From Nitrosopumilus sp. (GTDB lineage: Archaea > Thermoproteota > Nitrososphaeria > Nitrososphaerales > Nitrosopumilaceae): 64,000 nt of DNA. The stretch lies in the NCBI GenBank assembly GCA_965205215.1, contig OZ242041.1, forward strand, positions 1,792,001 through 1,856,000, given 5' to 3'. Below, one piece after another: positions 58,430 through 64,000 of the stretch. A program made the position numbers and the translations under genes. The notes under the pieces were generated by a model. That model was not told the origin of the DNA, did not search any database, and worked only from the letters and a program-made list of their open reading frames with translations. How positions within the stretch are numbered: position 1 is the first letter of the stretch; each line of letters starts with the position of its first letter.

Positions 58430-60520
58430 TCCGAGGGCTTCCCGGAGCCGGTCCGCATCGTGTATGGGCAGCGAGCATACAGAGTCCTTGCACACGTACG
58501 CGCTTGCCCGTCCTTCGTCAAACGCCTTGCCGGCAAAAAACGGGTACGCCAGGACGCCGTCAAGCTGCTCCCGGCTCCTGATCTCGACCACAATCGAGTC
58601 GGGCAGGTATGAGGAGAGCACCATCCTGCACATGCCGGGGTCGGCAGGCGTGTTCAGCAGCGTGATCTCGCGTGATCCTGCAAGCATCGTAGACATTACG
58701 TTGAGCATGTACCCGAACGCAAACGGGTTCTCGGCGCACGCGGGAGCCTGGGAGCGGACGGACGCGCTGCACGCATCAAGGAACGGGCGCTCCCCAGTCA
58801 GGTGGTACAGCCGCAGCAGGACGTGCACTGCGACGGAGTTTCCGGACGGCATGGAGAGGTCGTACCTGCTCTGCGGCCTGATTATCAGGCTCTCGTGCAT
58901 GCGTCCCGTCATGAAAAAGCCCGACGTCTCCTCGTCCCAGAACTCCGAGAGGATCACGCGGCCCATCCGTACAGCGGACTCCAGGTATTCCGCGTCGGGT
59001 TCGGCCTCAAAGACGTCCAAAAGCGCGCATGCGAGGTACGCGTAATCCTCCAGGTATCCGTCTATCCGGGCCCTGCCGTCTTTGTACGTGCGCAGCAGCC
59101 TGCCGTCGCAGAACATCTCGGACTGGACAAAGGACAGGCACCTCTTTGCCGCGTCAAGGTACGCCGAATCACCGGACACGCGGTATCCCTTTGCAAGGGC
59201 GGAGACGAACAGCGCGTTCCATGATACCAGAATCTTCTGGTCAAGTCCCGGGGGCACGCGGCCCGCGCGGCGCGCAGCCAAGAGCGCTGCGGCGGACCTC
59301 TCCAGGGACGCCCGCGCGTCACCCTCAGGTACACCCACCTTGAACGCGGCAGTCGACAGCGCTATGTTGTTGCACAGGATGGTGCTGCCCTCCCAGTTGC
59401 CGCCGTCCGTCACGTCATAATACAGGCAGAAGAGATCCGCGTCGCGCGTGCCGGCCCCGAGAACCTCCAGAACCTCGCGCTTGGTCCACGTATAGTACCT
59501 GCCCTCCACGCCCTCAGAGTCAGCGTCGTATGCAGAGTAAAAGCCGCCCAGGGGCGAGGTCATCTCCCGCAGCACAAAGTCAAGCGTCTTTTTCATGACG
59601 TCGAGATAGAACTCCTTCTTGGTCAGCTGGTACGCCTCGGCGTAATTGACCGGAATGAGCGCGTTGTCATACAGCATCTTTTCAAAATGGGGGACGAGCC
59701 AGCGGGCGTCGGTGGAGTACCGGTGGAATCCGCCCCCGATCTGGTCGAATATCCCCCCGCGCGCCATTCTGTCAAGCGTCTTTAGCGCGAACTTTGCAAA
59801 TGACTCATGGCCGGTCGACGCGGCATACCTGAACAGGAACGAGACGCATGCGGCGTTTGGAAACTTCGGCGCCGAGCCGAACCCCCCGTGCGTGTAGTCA
59901 CCGTTGTTGTACAGGTTGACGGCGGCCTCGTCCATCGTTGACTCGTCAAAGCCCAGTCTGCCCCGGCGCGTGTCGGACTCCGGCGCGCGCAGTGCGGCCC
60001 CCGACAGGGGGGCGCCATCCGCCTTTGAGAGAGCGCGCACAAAGTCGTCGGCGCGCGAGTCGACGTCGCCCTGCCTCTCGGCCCAGGACTGCGCAAGCTG
60101 CCTGCAGACGCTCCCAAACCCGGGCCTTCCGTGCGAGTCGAGCGGCGGGTAGTACGTCCCGACGTGGAACGGCTTCTGGTCGGGGGTCAGAAAGACGCTC
60201 AGCGGCCAGCCGCCCTGCCCCGTCGCCATCTGGCACGCCTTTTGGTAAATGTCGTCGATGTCAGGGCGCTCCTCCCTGTCCACCTTTATGTTTACAAAGT
60301 TCGAGTTCATAAATGACGCAACATCCTCGTTCTCAAACGACTCGTGGGCCATCACGTGGCACCAGTGGCACGAGCTGTACCCGACGCTCAGGAATATCGG
60401 CTTGTTCTCGTTTCTGGCCCTGTCGAGGGCCTCGCTGCCCCACGGATACCAGTCGACGGGGTTTTCTGCATGCTGCAGAAGGTACGGGCTGGTCTCCCCT
60501 GCAAGCCGGTTCTTGGGCAT
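58409..60520 (-). CDS. YyaL/DUF255 thioredoxin-domain protein (SPATA20-like)
   Basis: [53 protein letters not shown]. Confidence 0.93.
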   Translation of the reverse strand: MPKNRLAGETSPYLLQHAENPVDWYPWGSEALDRARNENKPIFLSVGYSSCHWCHVMAHESFENEDVASFMNSNFVNIKVDREERPDIDDIYQKACQMATGQGGWPLSVFLTPDQKPFHVGTYYPPLDSHGRPGFGSVCRQLAQSWAERQGDVDSRADDFVRALSKADGAPLSGAALRAPESDTRRGRLGFDESTMDEAAVNLYNNGDYTHGGFGSAPKFPNAACVSFLFRYAASTGHESFAKFALKTLDRMARGGIFDQIGGGFHRYSTDARWLVPHFEKMLYDNALIPVNYAEAYQLTKKEFYLDVMKKTLDFVLREMTSPLGGFYSAYDADSEGVEGRYYTWTKREVLEVLGAGTRDADLFCLYYDVTDGGNWEGSTILCNNIALSTAAFKVGVPEGDARASLERSAAALLAARRAGRVPPGLDQKILVSWNALFVSALAKGYRVSGDSAYLDAAKRCLSFVQSEMFCDGRLLRTYKDGRARIDGYLEDYAYLACALLDVFEAEPDAEYLESAVRMGRVILSEFWDEETSGFFMTGRMHESLIIRPQSRYDLSMPSGNSVAVHVLLRLYHLTGERPFLDACSASVRSQAPACAENPFAFGYMLNVMSTMLAGSREITLLNTPADPGMCRMVLSSYLPDSIVVEIRSREQLDGVLAYPFFAGKAFDEGRASAYVCKDSVCSLPIHDADRLREALGLDPSEV

Positions 60521-60729
60521 ATACGTGACGGAATGGCGTTCCTATTTGTATGGATCCGCGCATCGCACGGTGCCCGGGCCCGGTGTGCCGTCCTTTGCAA
60601 GCGATGCCAAACACGCGCCGCGCGCACATGCAGAGCAGCGGTCGCCGCGCGTCCAACAAGAACCGCGCACGGGCGGCGGGCGGTGTGCCGTGCAATGTTC
60701 TTTAAATTGGGCGCGGGCCGGCCTACCGC

Positions 60730-61074
60730 ATGCCGGCAGGAGGCCCCGTGAGCGTCAGAAGGCAGTGCATATACGCGGCCATCCCCGTTCTGGACATATA
60801 CTCGGCATATCACATAAGGAAGCTCAGGCGATACCTGCTTGTCATACTGTGCACAGTCCTGATCCCCCAAGTTGCAGTCGAGTTTGCGTTGTTTGACAGC
60901 ATGCTGGAAATTCAAGAGGCGTACACCGCCTTTTTGTATCCAGAGTCAGAGCATTTTGCACAGAGCATCTACGTCATGCTGTGGACTGCAGGCAGTATCG
61001 CATGGTCAGTCGTGCTCATCAGGCGGTGGTCAATGCAATGGAACGCCGGCAGGCCGTGGGATCACCACGCGTGA
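60730..61074 (+). CDS. Small membrane protein
   Basis: Hydrophobic helices; TTTAAAT about 25 nt upstream. Confidence 0.6.
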   Translation: MPAGGPVSVRRQCIYAAIPVLDIYSAYHIRKLRRYLLVILCTVLIPQVAVEFALFDSMLEIQEAYTAFLYPESEHFAQSIYVMLWTAGSIAWSVVLIRRWSMQWNAGRPWDHHA

Positions 61075-61525
61075 GAACTGCGCGGATTCAGACACGCGGC
61101 ACGTGGGGACAGCAGCCCGTACGGCGACGGCCCGCGAACGCGTATCTGATGAAGCGCCCGATACAACAGATGTCAGACGTGGCCGCCAAGGCAGAATGCG
61201 AGGCGTTTGTCACAGAAAGCCCAAGCGCGGCCTAGGCGCACTCTGCCGGTCCGGGGTGCGGCCGCCCGTTGCCGTCGTTGATTACACAGATTCCCCTTTG
61301 GTATGAACCCGCGAGGTGGCGTCCGTCGCCACCGCTTTGATCCTGTTGTTGCTGTCCAAGACCCCTGCCACGCATATTCGGCCAAGGTGCATACGGTGTG
61401 CAAACTCGCGGGCAGGGCTGCGGGCGTACGCGCTCAGCCGCCGTCAGACGGCCTCCGGCTAACCATTAACGCACGATTATCCACTACTGCTACCACCACC
61501 ACCATCACCATCACGACGATGGAGA

Positions 61526-61882
61526 TTATGATGATGATGATGAGGGGGATGATAACGTACCAAGTGCACCATCGATCATGTTCTTGTAGGTTGCCTTTGG
61601 CGCCGAGCCGACGTGCTGTGCCGCGATACTGCCCTTGCCAAAGATGAGGAGCGTCGGTGTGCTGTGCACTTCATACTGAGATGCCAGATCTTCACTCTTG
61701 TCTATGTCTACATCTACAAACTTGACCCTTCCGACATAGTCCTCGGAGAGCTCTTCCACTGTCTGTTTTATCATGTGGCAGTGTCCGCACCACTCTGCAT
61801 GAAATTTCACAAGCACGAGAATGTCCGACTGCAGCACCTCGGATTCCCACGCGCCCTTGTCTTTGACCGACATGGTGCCCAT
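61526..61882 (-). CDS. trxA: Thioredoxin
   Basis: FHAEWCGHC, VDID..LASQYEV.STPTL. Confidence 0.88.
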   Translation of the reverse strand: MGTMSVKDKGAWESEVLQSDILVLVKFHAEWCGHCHMIKQTVEELSEDYVGRVKFVDVDIDKSEDLASQYEVHSTPTLLIFGKGSIAAQHVGSAPKATYKNMIDGALGTLSSPSSSSS

Positions 61883-62426
61883 ACGCCATTGAGAGATAGA
61901 TTGTTTAAAAAATCTTATCTAAAGAGATCTCGCCAAGAATGTGCAAAAAGAGTACGCGTGATCTCATCCTTGACCTTTGGGTGTCGCCGCGGCCCGTCGC
62001 CGCTTTGCGGCGGCCGTGTAGGTTTGGATGCGCAGCGTCGAATTAGGGGATCCGGCGGGGGCGGCGCAGCATGATGGCGGCGGTGGCGGTGACAGGGACG
62101 GCATGGCGGTGGTGGCGGTTGCACGGTAATCGGAGGATATTGACGTGATGGCGGTTGGCCTGCTGGGGAAACGGTTCTGGCCGCAGTGCGCCGACGCGAT
62201 GCCGATTCCGGCCTCTCCCCTGCCGGGATCCCTCCGTTGAGCCACCGCGCGGGCGCCACAGAAAGCCGCGGCATGTGACGTGGGGTTGGGTGGCGCCGGT
62301 CTGCCGGTAGGTTCGGCGCGCAGACAGCGGACGCACCATTCACGACGGCCACGGGATCCGCGGCGTCAGTTTGGTTGGCAGCGGCAGGCGCTGCGCATAC
62401 GGCAGGACCCGCTTGGTGTGGGCCTG

Positions 62427-62663
62427 CTACCTGTCCCATATGCCCTTGCCCTCTGTCAGCTCGTATATCCGGACGTTTATCTTCTTGAGCAGCGCGGCCT
62501 TGGACTTTGCGGACTTTTTGTCGTTTGAATAGTCCTTGCGCTCTATCATGCCCTGCAGCCGGACAAGCTCGTCAAGCGAAAGCCGGTTAAAGCCGTCCTT
62601 TGACTGCGCTATGACGTTGAGCAACCTGACGCGCTCCCTGTCCTCGTCTGCTATCTTCGGCAC
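62427..62663 (-). CDS. Small basic hypothetical protein
   Basis: Helical 78-aa ORF; TTTAAG upstream; divergent from ADH. Confidence 0.65.
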   Translation of the reverse strand: MPKIADEDRERVRLLNVIAQSKDGFNRLSLDELVRLQGMIERKDYSNDKKSAKSKAALLKKINVRIYELTEGKGIWDR

Positions 62664-62744
62664 ACATGTACCTTGGGTGCTTGCGTCTTAAAGCCTTCTG
62701 ACGCAGGTTGGCGAATCTTAAAATTCCATACTGGGCGCGTACGT

Positions 62745-63794
62745 ATGATGTCCGACGGCGATATAATGATGAGGGCCATGGTGCTAGACAAGTGCGGCCC
62801 CATAGAGAAAGACCCGCTCAGGCTCGCAAACATTCCAAGGCACAAGATAAGCAGGCCCGACGAGGTCCTCATAAGGATAGAGGCCTGCGGCGTATGCCAT
62901 TCACAGCTGCACGGCATAGAGGGGGACTGGATGGACATTGGCATACCGCCGGTGCTGCCCACCGTTCCGGGCCACGAGGTGGTCGGCACCATAACGAAGA
63001 TAGGGAGCGCCGTCACAAAGTTCAAGGTCGGCCAGAGGGCCGGCATAACACCGCTGCTGGAGGCCTGCAGTGAGTGCCAATACTGCAGGGAGGGCAAGGA
63101 GTACCTGTGCGAGTCATCCACCATTACCGGGGAGACCACGCGCGGCGGATATGCAGAGTACATCACGGCGCCGCAGGACTTTGTAACGCTCGTCCCGGAC
63201 TCCATGGCCCCAGAATATGCGGCGCCCCTGTTCTGCGCCGGGATAACCGCATACAAGGCCGTAAAGGCGGCAGGGCCGCGTCCCGGCATGAGGATTGGCA
63301 TCTTTGGGATAGGCGGCGTGGGACACATGGCAGTCCAGTTTGCAAAGGTAGAGGGCTGCAAGGTGTTCGCGTTCTCCAGGGCGCGCAGGCACCTGGAGGT
63401 GGCAGAGAAGCTTGGCGCCGCTCGCTCCGTGACGTTCTCAGAAGGCGGCAACTTTACAGACGATGTCAAAAAGGAGATCGGGCTGCTTGACGCGGCAGTC
63501 GTGTTTGCCCCGTCCGATGCGGTGACCGACGCGGCAGTAGATCTGGTCAAGAAGGGGGGCACCATAGTGATTGCGACCGTGGGAAAGAACCCCAAGTTCA
63601 TGGCGTTTGAGGAAAAGACGATCAGGGGAACCCTGATAGGGTCCACAAAGGACATGGAGGAGGTAATCAGGATATGCGGCGAGAGCAACCTGGAGGTCGT
63701 GTCCCAGGCGTATCCGCTTGAGGAGGCAAACCGGGTGCTACGGCTGCTCAAAGAGTCAAAGATAGACGCCCGCGCCGTACTGGTGCCGCAATGA
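62745..63794 (+). CDS. Zinc-dependent alcohol dehydrogenase
   Basis: CGVCHS, PGHEVVG, CSECQYC..LC, CAGITAY, GIGGVG. Confidence 0.93.
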   Translation: MMSDGDIMMRAMVLDKCGPIEKDPLRLANIPRHKISRPDEVLIRIEACGVCHSQLHGIEGDWMDIGIPPVLPTVPGHEVVGTITKIGSAVTKFKVGQRAGITPLLEACSECQYCREGKEYLCESSTITGETTRGGYAEYITAPQDFVTLVPDSMAPEYAAPLFCAGITAYKAVKAAGPRPGMRIGIFGIGGVGHMAVQFAKVEGCKVFAFSRARRHLEVAEKLGAARSVTFSEGGNFTDDVKKEIGLLDAAVVFAPSDAVTDAAVDLVKKGGTIVIATVGKNPKFMAFEEKTIRGTLIGSTKDMEEVIRICGESNLEVVSQAYPLEEANRVLRLLKESKIDARAVLVPQ

Positions 63795-63986
63795 CGGAGA
63801 TCATGCTCTTGGCAGAAAGGAGATGGCGGCGCTACGAACTGTAAGGGATGCCACCACACGCACGAGGCCCACATGGACGACGGCAGCAGCGACTCGCTTT
63901 TGAAGGCAGGCAGCTGCGTCGTCCCCGCATGCAGGTGCAAGGAGTACGTTGATCCCATAGGGGAGATAGACGAGGAGTTGATGTAA
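63791..63986 (+). pseudogene. Small Cys/His-rich protein lacking an in-frame start before the first Cys motif (possible frameshift)
   Basis: Frame 63840-63986 reads CKGCHHTHEAH..CVVPACRCKEYVDPIGEIDEELM; the upstream ATG/TTG codons are out of frame. Confidence 0.45.
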
Positions 63987-64000
63987 GTTCATATTAACGG

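Noticed and set aside
61075-62426. tRNA or structured ncRNA in the long gaps around trxA
   Set aside because: No cloverleaf or T-loop signature recognised by eye; a covariance-model search would be needed.
62651-63958. Long antisense ORFs (also 17216-18382, 20300-21346, 23008-23943, 27123-28343)
   Set aside because: Shadows of well-supported genes on the opposite strand, caused by GC-rich codon bias.

Overview
A GC-rich archaeal chromosome segment. Its gene set (PEFG-CTERM and CFI-box-CTERM surface proteins, an S-layer-like paralogue, archaeal uS13/uS4, mostly leaderless TATA promoters) points to an ammonia-oxidising Nitrosopumilaceae-type thaumarchaeon. The high GC, FG-GAP protein and many low-complexity insertions suggest a host-associated lineage, but that is inference. 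From left to right: four tandem PEF(G)-CTERM genes; a nickel-pincer cofactor cluster (iscS-larE-larC / mdh-larB-radical SAM) with no larA in the window; surface proteins, including a frameshifted S-layer-like gene; a CDF / ZIP / two-domain multicopper oxidase metal locus; rps13-rps4; an FG-GAP protein; glmS, cobT-like, MBL hydrolase, nnrE and pgk; an Asp-box protein; a sufB-sufD-Rieske-sufS-sufU operon; uppP; a five-gene polyphosphate locus (sixA-ppx-two thymidylate-kinase-fold genes-CHAD); DsbA, a DEAD-box helicase, Lrp, YyaL, thioredoxin and ADH. The best candidate for an under-described system is the polyphosphate locus. Its two kinase-fold paralogues, one with an intact and one with an altered P-loop, look like a two-subunit non-PPK1/PPK2 polyphosphate kinase. 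Other notable signals are a dense intergenic GATC cluster, a TAGGC-N4-CTAA motif shared by the MCO-ZIP and SUF promoters, and two small Cys-rich ORFs missing from the ORF track. I recognised no rRNA, tRNA, CRISPR array or transposase. All family calls are by motif recognition without database searches, and adjusted start codons are estimates.
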